Part shown: in pieces, positions 35,223 through 44,410 of the stretch | Position numbering within the stretch: position 1 is the first letter of the stretch | How the letters are laid out: each line of letters opens with the position of its first letter | From: a virus | Lineage: Duplodnaviria; Caudoviricetes | Length of the DNA: 49,707 bases | Direction: 5' to 3' (one strand) | Virus record (IMG/VR): IMGVR_UViG_3300028585_000293 | Coordinates: 1 to 49,707 of that record | Made by a program: the position numbers and the translations under genes | Notes under the pieces: model-generated | Database searches by the model: none | Told to the model about the DNA's origin: nothing | The model's input: only the letters and a program-made list of their open reading frames with translations

Positions 35223-37834
35223 GCTGCCTCCCGCTCCGGCTGCGCCGCGTCGACCGCCTCGAAATCGAACAGCGTCGGCATGCTGACCTCGCGCTCCATC
35301 GCCCGGCAGTAGTGCACCTGGTCGGCGAAATACGCAGGGTTGAGTTCCGAGCCGGCGCCGCGCCGGCCCAGCTTCATGGCGCGCACCGGTACCGTGCCCA
35401 GGCCGCAGAATGGGTCATACACCACATCGCCAGGGTTGCTATAGCGATTGATCAGGCGGTCCACAATGTCGATCTGGAATGGGCAGACGTGCTTCTCGAC
35501 CGCGCGCGCCGACTGCTCGCCGTTGAGGGTGCGCATGCGAACAATGTCGTGCCAGACCATCGGATCGGCGCTGCCCGGCGCCAGGCTCAGGTAGTCGGCC
35601 GGCAGAGCCTTGTTGGCCAACATCTGCTCGCCGACAGCGACGTGCAGCTCATAGTTGTAGACGTTGGCCAGGGACATGTCGGTGAACATCTTGGCCAGCT
35701 TGGCCGGTCCATAGGCGGCGATCTCCTCCGCACCCATCAGACGGTCACCGCTCGAGCGCCAGAACGCATGGGCGTCGACCTGCCAGCGCGCGACGCTGTA
35801 GCCGGTACCGGGGATTGGCGCCAGCTTTCGGTCGAAGCCGACCGGCTGGCCGTCTTCGGTCTCGCACAGCGGCTTCGCCTTGGTCACCGGCACGTCGGCA
35901 TAGCCGCGGCTGCGATCGGTCTGCGGCTTGTGGAACAGCAGGATGTACTCCGGCGAGCCGACACCCATCTTCGTGCCGTCCTTGCACACCTCGGAATAGC
36001 CCAGGCGATAGGTCTGATTGTTCTCGCGGACCACATCGGTGACGACCGTGATCATGCCCAGGTAGTCGAAGCCGTGCTTCATTCCGTGAAACAGCGCTTC
36101 GGCGTGGAACGGGCTGACGGTCGGCACGCCGGCGCCGGTCACGTTGCCGAAGTTGATCCGGTCCTTTACGTGGCAGGCGTAGATGCGACCCGGCTGCAGT
36201 ATCCGGTGCAGCTGCGGCGTGAGGAAGTCCATCTGCGCCCAGAAGTGACCGTTGTCCTGGGTATGGCCGAAATCGTTGTAGCTGGGCGTGTATTCGTAGT
36301 GGTTCGCGAACGGGATGCTGGTCAGGATCATGCCCACCGAGTTGTCCGGCTGCTCGAGCGCCTCCAGCACGCAGTCGTTGTTGGCCACGGTGAAGCGCTC
36401 GCCCTTTACGACGTGCCGCTCGACGCCGATCGTGCGCGCCAGGCTGTCCTGCATCGACAGCTGGTCCAGGCCAAAGTGGCGGATGATCTCGCCCATCTTC
36501 TCCTGCATCTCGTCGTGCCGGCGCCACTTCTCCTGCAGCTCGGCCAGAACCGCGCGCTCGACTTCGGTATGGATGATGTCGATCCGGACCGGGTGCGTCT
36601 GCTGGAAGCGCTGGATCCGGTGGATGGCCTGGATGAAGTCGTTGAACTTGAACCCGATGCCGGCGAAGATCGCGCGGTGGCAGTACACCTGGAAGTTGCA
36701 GCCCGAGCCGGCGATGATCGGCTTGGTCGACAGGATCGGGAACTTGCCATCGCTGAAGTCGGCGATCCGCTGCTCGCGCTCGTCGAGGTCTTGCGTGCCC
36801 CACACGCTCATGGCGTTCGGCAGCGCCGCCTGGATGGAGTGCCGCTCGTCCTCGAGGTCGTGCCAGACCACGAAGTGGTCAGAAGGATCCGCCGCAACGA
36901 TCTCGGCCACCTTGGCGACGCGCGCGGCCATGCTCTGCCGCTTCTCGCCGGCGGCGGCCGACAGGCCCATGGCCACGTTCGGTATCAGCAGGCCCTGGCC
37001 GTTCTTCTCGGCGCCGGCCGCCTCATAGTCGCTCGGCACCTCGTGGTAGTGCACCTCGAGCGGCGGCAGGTCATAGCCTTCGTCCGAATGTCCCAGGTCG
37101 CTCGGGCGGCGAATGAAGCACGCCCAGCTGGCCACCCAAAGCCAGAACTCGGTTTCCTTGTGCGGGTACAGGGTCAGATTGCCCGCCTTCTCGCTGTCGC
37201 GCTGGAAGAAGCGGGTCAGTGCCTGGCCGGTGTCCATCACACCCAGGAAGCCGGCGTAGTGGATTAGCTCCTTGAAGCGGTTTGGGCTCGGCGTGGCGGT
37301 GAAGACGAACTTGAACTCGACCTGGTCGAACAGCGGCAGGAACTCCTGATAGGTCTTGCTGCCGAAGCTGCGCAGGATGCTCGCCTCGTCCAGTGACGCG
37401 GCGCCGAAGCGGCGGACGTCGACCTTCCCGTCCCGCACCGATTCGTAGTTCGTCATGTAGACGGTGTCATGGCCGGCGATCTCAGCGTCCGAGCGGATGA
37501 ACTTCAGGTCGACCGCGCAGTCGCCGGTGAAGCGTTTCGCCACCTCGCGGGTAAATTCCTGGCGCACGCCCAGCGGCAGCACGATCAGGCGCAGGCACGG
37601 GCGGTGGATGCCGATCTGGCGCATCACCTCGAGGTTCGTGCTGGTCTTGTGCAGGCCGAACGAGGCAAATACGGCGCGCTGGCCACCCTGCAGCGCCCAC
37701 CGGACGATGTCGCGGGTGTGCGGCTTGAGGCCAGGGTTGATCTGCTTGAGCGGGACGTCGAAGCCCTTGCGCGGCGCCAGCTTGATCTTGGCGCGGAGAA
37801 AATCGTTGTAATCGCTTAAAATATTGGCAGACAT
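35219..37834 (-). CDS. SNF2-like helicase domain fused to an amino (N4C/N6A) DNA methyltransferase
   Basis: FGLHKT, LDEAS, TATPSPN and QAIHRIQR helicase motifs; TSIPF, KHVCPFQ and YDPFCGLGT MTase motifs. Confidence 0.9.
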   Translation of the reverse strand: MSANILSDYNDFLRAKIKLAPRKGFDVPLKQINPGLKPHTRDIVRWALQGGQRAVFASFGLHKTSTNLEVMRQIGIHRPCLRLIVLPLGVRQEFTREVAKRFTGDCAVDLKFIRSDAEIAGHDTVYMTNYESVRDGKVDVRRFGAASLDEASILRSFGSKTYQEFLPLFDQVEFKFVFTATPSPNRFKELIHYAGFLGVMDTGQALTRFFQRDSEKAGNLTLYPHKETEFWLWVASWACFIRRPSDLGHSDEGYDLPPLEVHYHEVPSDYEAAGAEKNGQGLLIPNVAMGLSAAAGEKRQSMAARVAKVAEIVAADPSDHFVVWHDLEDERHSIQAALPNAMSVWGTQDLDEREQRIADFSDGKFPILSTKPIIAGSGCNFQVYCHRAIFAGIGFKFNDFIQAIHRIQRFQQTHPVRIDIIHTEVERAVLAELQEKWRRHDEMQEKMGEIIRHFGLDQLSMQDSLARTIGVERHVVKGERFTVANNDCVLEALEQPDNSVGMILTSIPFANHYEYTPSYNDFGHTQDNGHFWAQMDFLTPQLHRILQPGRIYACHVKDRINFGNVTGAGVPTVSPFHAEALFHGMKHGFDYLGMITVVTDVVRENNQTYRLGYSEVCKDGTKMGVGSPEYILLFHKPQTDRSRGYADVPVTKAKPLCETEDGQPVGFDRKLAPIPGTGYSVARWQVDAHAFWRSSGDRLMGAEEIAAYGPAKLAKMFTDMSLANVYNYELHVAVGEQMLANKALPADYLSLAPGSADPMVWHDIVRMRTLNGEQSARAVEKHVCPFQIDIVDRLINRYSNPGDVVYDPFCGLGTVPVRAMKLGRRGAGSELNPAYFADQVHYCRAMEREVSMPTLFDFEAVDAAQPEREAA

Positions 37835-37836
37835 AA

Positions 37837-38364
37837 TTACTCCACTGTGATTTGTTCAGAGGCCGCGCCGGGTGCAACCGTCGCGGCTTCGCTATTTGGG
37901 AGCAGGCCCTTGGCCCGCAGGATGTTCTGGCTTTCGGCTCGCGCAGCGTCGAAGCGCGCATCAACCGTCTTGCGCGGCGCCTTCCCGGCATATCCGCCAT
38001 CGAGCCAGGCGTGGCAGTCCGAGCAGCCGTAGCAACCCTCTTCGTCTCGCGCTTTAATGCCTAGGCCTTTCCCATCCTCCGAGCGGTTCGAGTGGCACCA
38101 CGCCGTGGTGTCGGGATTGCGATTGCAGATCCCGACGAACCGCAACGTGCAAGCCTCACCGCGCGCGGACTTGCGGATCGGGGTCATTACCGGCCGAGAT
38201 GCCTTCAGGGGCTTGCGGGGCTTTTGCTCGCGGGCGCGAGCCTGGACTGCGGCGACGCGCAGCACGCCGGCGCCGGCGACTGGCGACTTGAAGCCGGTGC
38301 CGCGCGCCATCGGCGTCTTGCGCCCCAGCGACTTGCCCTGCTTGAGGGGTGAGCGGCTCAGCAT
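37837..38364 (-). CDS. DUF1364/YbcO-like zinc-binding nuclease-domain protein
   Basis: SARGEACTLR..GICN......CH...GLGIK......GCSDCH..LDG. Confidence 0.85.
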   Translation of the reverse strand: MLSRSPLKQGKSLGRKTPMARGTGFKSPVAGAGVLRVAAVQARAREQKPRKPLKASRPVMTPIRKSARGEACTLRFVGICNRNPDTTAWCHSNRSEDGKGLGIKARDEEGCYGCSDCHAWLDGGYAGKAPRKTVDARFDAARAESQNILRAKGLLPNSEAATVAPGAASEQITVE

Positions 38365-38378
38365 GTTACGATCGCCTG

Positions 38379-39059
38379 ATGAGAACCGAAATTACCCACT
38401 TCAGCAGGTACAAAGCCCTCTACATACTCGGCGCCATCGATGTCGCGGCTCTCATTGCGGCGCGGGGTATTTTTTCGGAGAACTTCGACTGGCCGGCATG
38501 GGTTCAAGCCGTTGGGTCGATTTCCGCCATCCTTGCGGCAGTTTGGGTAAGCTCGGACCAGGCGAGCCAGCAGCGGCGTCTGGATGAGATTCGCGAATCG
38601 AACGAAGTGGACGGCGTTCTTCGCAGCATCAAGTCGGAAGTCGAGACAAGCCTGGAATATCTGAAGCGCGAGGTCGCTCCCGCGCTTGCGCAAGTACCCC
38701 GCGGTGACCCCATTCGATACACGTTCAGACTTCCTGAGTACCCGTTCCCTATATTCGACGGCCTGATCCCCAAATTGGGAATCTTGCCAACCCCGCTTCG
38801 GAGCCAAGTCATCCGCGCTTACGCCCAGGCCAAAACTCTCGCAGTGACCACCCAGGTGCATGACGATCTTGCCAGCGCCTTCGAGCGAGTTGAAATTCGA
38901 TTCCTGGCAAAGCCGCCTTCCGCTGGCGATCTTGAATTGCGAGGAGCACTTCAGTCCTTGACCGATTACAGCAATGCGTTTCGGCTGGCCTTTGACAACA
39001 CCATGCGGGAATTCGTGGGGCTTCACGAAGACCTGTCCCAGGCGTGCCCAGAAGAATGA
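38379..39059 (+). CDS. Membrane-anchored moron protein, opposite strand
   Basis: Two N-terminal TM segments (WPAWVQAVGSISAILAAVWV) followed by a helical domain; lower GC than its flanks. Confidence 0.75.
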   Translation: MRTEITHFSRYKALYILGAIDVAALIAARGIFSENFDWPAWVQAVGSISAILAAVWVSSDQASQQRRLDEIRESNEVDGVLRSIKSEVETSLEYLKREVAPALAQVPRGDPIRYTFRLPEYPFPIFDGLIPKLGILPTPLRSQVIRAYAQAKTLAVTTQVHDDLASAFERVEIRFLAKPPSAGDLELRGALQSLTDYSNAFRLAFDNTMREFVGLHEDLSQACPEE

Positions 39060-39073
39060 TGGCGCGCTCATGG

Positions 39074-39604
39074 TCAGGCTTTCGTGTGAAATGACGCGCC
39101 AGTGCGCACCGACCAGTCCGGAACGTCCAGGCGGGTGCCGCGCGGGTTGGGAATGTACTTCTCGCTCAGCGGCGGGCGCGCGAAGATGTCGGGCGGAGTG
39201 CGCACCGCGGCGATCTGGCCGACGTACTCAACCGCTTCCAGGCCAGCAAGCCTGTCGTAGTGCGCGCGTGCAGCCGGGCTCAGGTTGATCCGGCCGTCGG
39301 CCTGCTCAGTCAACCAGCCGCTGGTCACAGCGCGCTGCAGGGCGGCCTCCTTGGTCGTTTTGTCGGTGCCGAACTCGACGGCGGCGAAGAGCTGGTGCGC
39401 CAGGAGCGGGCCCATCCTGTACAGATGTTCGCCGGCGATCGCCGCGGCGTAGCCTTTGTTTGGGACGCGAATGTTTTGATGTGCGGGCATTGGGCGCCCC
39501 TCTGGATGATGGATTTTTTGTGGACTGATTGCTGGCAGCGCAGGGGTAGCCCGGGGGTGGCCGCAGTCGACGCATTGCAGCTTGGAGTGGCGAATGCAGG
39601 TCAT
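39074..39604 (-). CDS. Hypothetical protein (winged-helix-like)
   Basis: ATG overlaps the methylase stop; an internal start (MPAHQN) is also possible. Confidence 0.6.
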   Translation of the reverse strand: MTCIRHSKLQCVDCGHPRATPALPAISPQKIHHPEGRPMPAHQNIRVPNKGYAAAIAGEHLYRMGPLLAHQLFAAVEFGTDKTTKEAALQRAVTSGWLTEQADGRINLSPAARAHYDRLAGLEAVEYVGQIAAVRTPPDIFARPPLSEKYIPNPRGTRLDVPDWSVRTGASFHTKA

Positions 39605-41709
39605 GCAGCCCTCCCGACGATGTGCCTCTCGTGCGCGAAGTTCGCGCGGATGAGCGCCTCCGACAGCGGCGGGCACACGCTATTGCCGCACATGCGCACC
39701 TGGGCCGACTTGGTCAGAGGGATTCGCGGGAGCGACAGCGGATCGCCGTCGACCTGCTCGCCGCCGACGAACAGCAACTCAGGATCCGGGATCTCGTCGA
39801 TCACATAGCCGTCCGGGAAGCCCTGCGCGCGATACAGCTCGTGCGGCGCCAGCATGCGCAGGCCGATATCGACGATCTCGTAGTCCTGGCCGTGGATGGT
39901 GACCAGGCCGAAGCGATCGCGGCTCGTGACCGTGTTGAGCGGATCGGCGACGTTGTTCGTCTCGCTCGCGCCGTAGTAGGCCAGCAGGAAGGCGCGCACC
40001 TCGGCGTGATGCTGGCCTCCGGCGCTGATCGTGTGCAGCGGCTCGTCGGCGCCGGCCGCGGTGCTCGTGCCGCGCAGCTTACACAGGTGGCTCGACACGA
40101 GCGCCGACTTCCCTCCGCCGCCGGCGGTGACCGTGCCCAGGGGAGCGTCTGCCGCGTGGCCAATGCTCTTGCCCATGTCGCGCTGGATGTGCGCGGTGAC
40201 GATGCCCAGCGCGTGCGGCGCGCCGGCCGGGTTTTCCTTCGGGCCGGCCGTGATGGTCGGCACCGGCTCGGCCAGGTCGCTGCCGGTCGAGTCGGTGCGG
40301 AACTTGGTCAGGTGGGCCGTCACCAGCGACTGCTGCGAGCCAGAGGCGGTGAGGGTCGAGATCGGCGCGTCTGCTGGTCGACCGGCCTTCACGCCGCTGC
40401 GCTCCTTGTTGTGCTGCGCCATGAAAGCGGTAACGACTGCGGTATCGCCTTTCGCGGTGATCGTCGCGGTCGGCTCGCCGGCCGCGCGCGGGCGGCTGTC
40501 GCCAGCGCGGCCGCCAACGCCTACCAGCGCCGCAGAGACCATGCTGAAGTGCCCGCCCTTGACCTGGGCGCAGATCGTGCGCAGCGGCACGTCGGCTGGC
40601 ATCACGCGTTGGTTGCTGGCGTTCGCATGCTCGTTGAGGAAGGCGGTGACCAGCGCCTTATTGCCACTGGCGACGACGGTGCCGAGCGGAATATCCAGCT
40701 CTTTCACGCCAGAGCCCCAGCGCTTCACGCCACCTGGCGAAACCTCGCCGTGTGCAGCGTCGACGAGAAGTGCAGAAGCCGCTGGCGCGAGCGTTGGCAC
40801 CACGACTGCGCGGTGATTCTCCGTCGTCAGAGTGCCGAACGGCTGCCGGGCGGTGACCGGCTTGCCGGCGTAGATCGGGCCGCCCTGCCCCACGATGAAC
40901 GGATCCGCCGCGTCGACCACGTAACGCATGATGCCCTTGGCGATGCGCCGCAGCGTGGCCTCGGCCAGCGGCCGCTTGCGGGTGAAGATCGACGGGCACT
41001 CGAGCGACCAGTCGATGCATTCCGCCGCGGTGCGGTACGGCTGCAGCTTGCCGGCGCGGACGGCCGGCGAGTCCGGCGCGCCGTTGGTCGGCGCTGGCCA
41101 GGTGATCGGCAACCCGTCGCGGCGCGCTACCAGGAAGAAGCGCTTGCGGATCGTCGGAGTGTCGTAATCGCTGGCGCGCAGCTCGCGGTGGTCGACCTTG
41201 TAGCCCTGCGCCTCCAGCTGGCGCACGAACGATTCGAACGTCTTGCCGCGGCGCGCCGGGTCCGGATTCCAATGGCCGTGCTCGTCCTGAATGAGCGGCC
41301 CCCACGTCTTAAATTCCTCAACGTTCTCGAGCATGATGACGCGCGGCTTGCACTTCGCCGCCCAGCGCAGCGTCACCCAGGCTAGTCCGCGGATCTTCTT
41401 CTCGACCGGCTTGCCGCCCTTCGCCTTGCTGAAGTGCTTGCAGTCAGGGCTCAGCCAGACCAGGGCCACCGGCTGGTTGCCTGTCACCTCGATCGGGTCG
41501 ATGTCCCAGACGCTCTCGCACAGGTGCTTCGTGTGCGGGTGGTTGATGGCGTGCATGGCCAGCGCCTCGGGATCGTGGTTGATCGCGATGTCGACCGGGC
41601 GTCCGAACGCGGCCTCCAGGCCGGTGCTGGTCCCGCCGCCGCCAGCGAAGTTATCGATAATGAGTTCGTGACCCAGGTCCAACTGCATGGTGATGAGGTC
41701 GGGCTTCAT
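39601..41709 (-). CDS. DNA (cytosine-5) methyltransferase with repeat-expanded variable region
   Basis: Motif I FAGGGG, IV SPDC, VI ENV, VIII RKRFF, IX ELYRAQGFP and X CGNSV. Confidence 0.93.
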   Translation of the reverse strand: MKPDLITMQLDLGHELIIDNFAGGGGTSTGLEAAFGRPVDIAINHDPEALAMHAINHPHTKHLCESVWDIDPIEVTGNQPVALVWLSPDCKHFSKAKGGKPVEKKIRGLAWVTLRWAAKCKPRVIMLENVEEFKTWGPLIQDEHGHWNPDPARRGKTFESFVRQLEAQGYKVDHRELRASDYDTPTIRKRFFLVARRDGLPITWPAPTNGAPDSPAVRAGKLQPYRTAAECIDWSLECPSIFTRKRPLAEATLRRIAKGIMRYVVDAADPFIVGQGGPIYAGKPVTARQPFGTLTTENHRAVVVPTLAPAASALLVDAAHGEVSPGGVKRWGSGVKELDIPLGTVVASGNKALVTAFLNEHANASNQRVMPADVPLRTICAQVKGGHFSMVSAALVGVGGRAGDSRPRAAGEPTATITAKGDTAVVTAFMAQHNKERSGVKAGRPADAPISTLTASGSQQSLVTAHLTKFRTDSTGSDLAEPVPTITAGPKENPAGAPHALGIVTAHIQRDMGKSIGHAADAPLGTVTAGGGGKSALVSSHLCKLRGTSTAAGADEPLHTISAGGQHHAEVRAFLLAYYGASETNNVADPLNTVTSRDRFGLVTIHGQDYEIVDIGLRMLAPHELYRAQGFPDGYVIDEIPDPELLFVGGEQVDGDPLSLPRIPLTKSAQVRMCGNSVCPPLSEALIRANFAHERHIVGRAA

Positions 41710-42176
41710 GGGCGGGCCTCCGCAGCGCGCTGGCCGAAGAACGCAGCGACCAGCGGGTCGCGCGCCGGCGGCGCCGTGTGAAGCCGCACCGCGTAATGGG
41801 CGTCGTCTACCATGACGTGGATGTGACGGGATGGATCGTTGGCGGCGGCGCCCATTGCGGACCGCTGCCCTTTCGCTGCGCGCGCACGTGGCATGCCGCC
41901 GAGCTGCTGCAGGTACGCCTGGGCCTGCTCGATCGAGATCGCCAGGCAGTAGACCGGCGTGCCGCGCGACAGCGGCGTCTCGTCTTCAAAGCGAGCGATC
42001 ATGATCCTGGCGCCCAGCTCGGCCACGTACTTGCGCACGCCCGATGGGCTCAGCTCCAGCATGTCGGCGATCTCGTCGCGGCGAAGCGCGCGCACCATCA
42101 GCGTGGAGACCAGGATGCGCATGCGCTCGAGGCGAGCGGTGGTCTGGCCAGGGGTGACGTAGCTGGCGCGGGTCAT
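41706..42176 (-). CDS. Winged-HTH domain protein
   Basis: RRDEIADMLELSPSGVRKYVAEL helix-turn-helix. Confidence 0.7.
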   Translation of the reverse strand: MTRASYVTPGQTTARLERMRILVSTLMVRALRRDEIADMLELSPSGVRKYVAELGARIMIARFEDETPLSRGTPVYCLAISIEQAQAYLQQLGGMPRARAAKGQRSAMGAAANDPSRHIHVMVDDAHYAVRLHTAPPARDPLVAAFFGQRAAEARP

Positions 42177-42877
42177 GCCGGCACCTCATCACCCTCGGCA
42201 GCGCCGACCATTGCTTTCGATCCGTCGTATTGCTTGATCCCCCAGGCCAGGGCAAAGCAGCACCACACGAAGCGATGCGTCCATTCGGTAACATCCACCT
42301 CCCAGAAGTCGCCGAACTCGAAGCAGGCCTTCTCTCCGAAGTAAGCCTGCCACGCCTCGCCACGATGTTCGAAGTCGTTGGCAGCGTCATAGGCGCGCAC
42401 TTCGTTGTCATCGCAACTGAGGACCTCGGCCTCTACTGCCGCGAGCAGTTCGGCACATGCTGCTGCGTGCAGGGCACGATCCTTCGCGTCCTCCTCGTCG
42501 GGGCAGCTTTCTTCACGGCGGCGGTCGACCCAGTCCCGGATCTCGCGCTCGAACTTCTCGAGGCTGAATTTCTTCAGGCCATCGCAACGGTCGCCTGCCT
42601 CGACCTTCTCCGCCCAATATCGAAGATCGATGCGGAACAGATCCTTCTCCTCCGATCGGCGGAAGAATTCGAACATGTCGCGCAGGCGGGTGAACACGTA
42701 AGTGCCCATGTCGCCGGTGTAGCAGAGGTAGCCGGGCCAGGTGATCAGGTCGAAGTGCATGCAGATGGTATCTGGGCGCTTGAAGCGCACATGGCGATAG
42801 ATGCCGTCATCGCGGACCACGGTCATCTGGTGGCCAGCGACATCCTGGAGGAAGCGCTCAGGAGTGAGGTGCGTCAT
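42173..42877 (-). CDS. Conserved hypothetical phage protein
   Basis: HQMTVVRDDGIYRHVRF...FDLITWPGYLCYTGDMG...YWAEK. Confidence 0.8.
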   Translation of the reverse strand: MTHLTPERFLQDVAGHQMTVVRDDGIYRHVRFKRPDTICMHFDLITWPGYLCYTGDMGTYVFTRLRDMFEFFRRSEEKDLFRIDLRYWAEKVEAGDRCDGLKKFSLEKFEREIRDWVDRRREESCPDEEDAKDRALHAAACAELLAAVEAEVLSCDDNEVRAYDAANDFEHRGEAWQAYFGEKACFEFGDFWEVDVTEWTHRFVWCCFALAWGIKQYDGSKAMVGAAEGDEVPA

Positions 42878-43122
42878 GACCCACCGCCGATCACGGCGCG
42901 CGCAGCCACATTCAGGTCCGACTCGGTGAGGGTGTGGCGGCGGACGTCAACGGTGTAGATGACATCGCCTGGACGGAGCCACTGGTGTGCGCTGGCCAGC
43001 TCGGACAGCGAGTGCGCCTCTGGTTCTGGTGGCTCGGTCGACCACTGGCGGATTGCCGCCTCGGCGCCGGGCGAAGACTGGGCCTCACCGGCGTGCACCG
43101 CCGGCGTATTGTGTTGTGCCAT
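42874..43122 (-). CDS. Hypothetical protein (82 aa)
   Basis: GGAG RBS, ATG 43122 and ATGA coupling downstream. Confidence 0.55.
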   Translation of the reverse strand: MAQHNTPAVHAGEAQSSPGAEAAIRQWSTEPPEPEAHSLSELASAHQWLRPGDVIYTVDVRRHTLTESDLNVAARAVIGGGS

Positions 43123-43196
43123 AATGCGTTCTCCAAGTAGTTGCTTTACTAAGCCCGGTTGCAGCCGGGCTTCTTCATTTCTGCTGTCGCCTACTT

Positions 43197-43400
43197 CTAT
43201 TTCGCCAGCTCGCGGATTTCTTTGACCGTGACGCCCAGGCGCTCGTGGATGCTCAGGATCACGCTCGGACCCATCGTCGCGCCGCCGCGCAGCTTGCAGA
43301 TTTGCGGTGGCGAGATGTCGAGCGCACGCGCCAGCGCCGCATCGTTTTTGATCTGGAAGCGATCGCGCAGCGCGTCCAGCAGCTTCGGTACGTTTTTCAA
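43197..43400 (-). CDS. Small XRE-type HTH protein
   Basis: LLDALRDRFQIKNDAALARALDISPPQICKLR; AGGAG RBS before TTG 43400. Confidence 0.75.
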   Translation of the reverse strand: MKNVPKLLDALRDRFQIKNDAALARALDISPPQICKLRGGATMGPSVILSIHERLGVTVKEIRELAK

Positions 43401-43450
43401 GTTCACTCCTTCTTGTTGGTGACGGCGCCATCCCGCCGCCTGGGTGCTGC

Positions 43451-43648
43451 CTACGTCGCCCCTTGCCGGAAGCCCTTCTCGAGCTTTTCGACCGCCTCGG
43501 CCAGTTCGTTCCCGTCCTGACGGTGGCGCGATTGCGCACGCTCCTTCTCGGGGCCGGTGGTGGCGACGGCCTTGGCGCGCCGGCTGGATACCCACCGCTG
43601 TGCTTTCGCCACCACCTTGTCCTTGTCCCTTTCACTCTGTTCGTCCAT
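43451..43648 (-). CDS. Hypothetical protein (65 aa)
   Basis: AAGGAG RBS; helical ORF in the early operon. Confidence 0.65.
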   Translation of the reverse strand: MDEQSERDKDKVVAKAQRWVSSRRAKAVATTGPEKERAQSRHRQDGNELAEAVEKLEKGFRQGAT

Positions 43649-43695
43649 GCACTTCTCCTTATTCGCTTTTCGATACGCCCAGCACCCGAAAGCCT

Positions 43696-43980
43696 TTAAA
43701 CCCGCATGAAAGGCTTGGGGGCGCCGCCGCGTGCCCGGCGCGCGCTCGACAGCGGCCAGGCCCGTACTGGGCCCGTTTTGGGCATACGCCCTGCGCCCTC
43801 CCGCCGGGTACGATGTGCAGGGTGGAGATCGCGAATCGAAGCGGCCAGCTGCTGGAGGCCCAGGCCGATCGCGGCGCTCATCGACAGGCCCACTGGATCG
43901 AAGATCGCCTTGTTGGCCAGGTACACATCCGGCGACAGGTAGCCTTTGACCGAGATGGTTTTGGCGTTCGGGTTGTTCAT
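43696..43980 (-). CDS. Hypothetical regulator at the cII position
   Basis: AGGAG RBS; follows cro; ribbon-helix-helix-like pattern (KTISVKGYLSPD). Confidence 0.55.
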   Translation of the reverse strand: MNNPNAKTISVKGYLSPDVYLANKAIFDPVGLSMSAAIGLGLQQLAASIRDLHPAHRTRREGAGRMPKTGPVRAWPLSSARRARGGAPKPFMRV

Positions 43981-44040
43981 GGTTTTCTCCTAGTGATGCG
44001 GGTTACAGGAATGGGTGGAACGTGATACTTGGCTGATCGG

Positions 44041-44325
44041 TTACGGTGCAGGAAACTTCGCCACCTCACCATCACCAGGAACCGGGTTGGCCATCCGGCG
44101 GTTGGTGTGAGCGAGTTCGGGCCAGATCGTCGACCAGTCTTCAGGGAAGAGCTCTTTCCGTGACACTGCTCCATCAGTCGCTTTCTCAATTGGCGCACCG
44201 AAGTGAACCGGCACGGGCCGAGTTCCATCAGCCCAGCGACTGATGTCAGGCGGATGCGCGCCAATGGCTTTCGCGAGAGCAGCGCCGCGTCCACGGCCTT
44301 GGGTGAGATAAGTTTTGAGGTCCAT
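44041..44325 (-). CDS. cro: Cro-like repressor (YdaS/Cro family)
   Basis: AALAKAIGAHPPDISRW...IEKATDGAVSRKELFPEDWSTIWPEL; divergent from cI. Confidence 0.9.
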   Translation of the reverse strand: MDLKTYLTQGRGRGAALAKAIGAHPPDISRWADGTRPVPVHFGAPIEKATDGAVSRKELFPEDWSTIWPELAHTNRRMANPVPGDGEVAKFPAP

Positions 44326-44332
44326 GCCCACA

Positions 44333-44405
44333 AGTATAGCGAATCGCTAAAGTTTTGCAATAGCGAATCGCACATTCTCAACTTTAGCGTTTTGCTATTT
44401 AATCT
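44333..44405. promoter_or_regulatory. OR-like switch: three operators and divergent PR/PRM promoters
   Basis: TAGCGAATCGCTA (44337), TAGCGAATCGCAC (44361) and TAGCGTTTTGCTA (44385) at 24-bp pitch. PR is TTGCAA-16-TATACT on the minus strand; PRM -10 is TAATCT at 44400-44405. Confidence 0.85.
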
Positions 44406-44410
44406 TGGCT

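Noticed and set aside
35162-37267. 701-aa plus-strand ORF (also 39622-41385, 11111-12169, 10543-11409, 32899-33831)
   Set aside because: Antisense shadows of well-supported GC-rich minus-strand genes, with no recognisable motifs.
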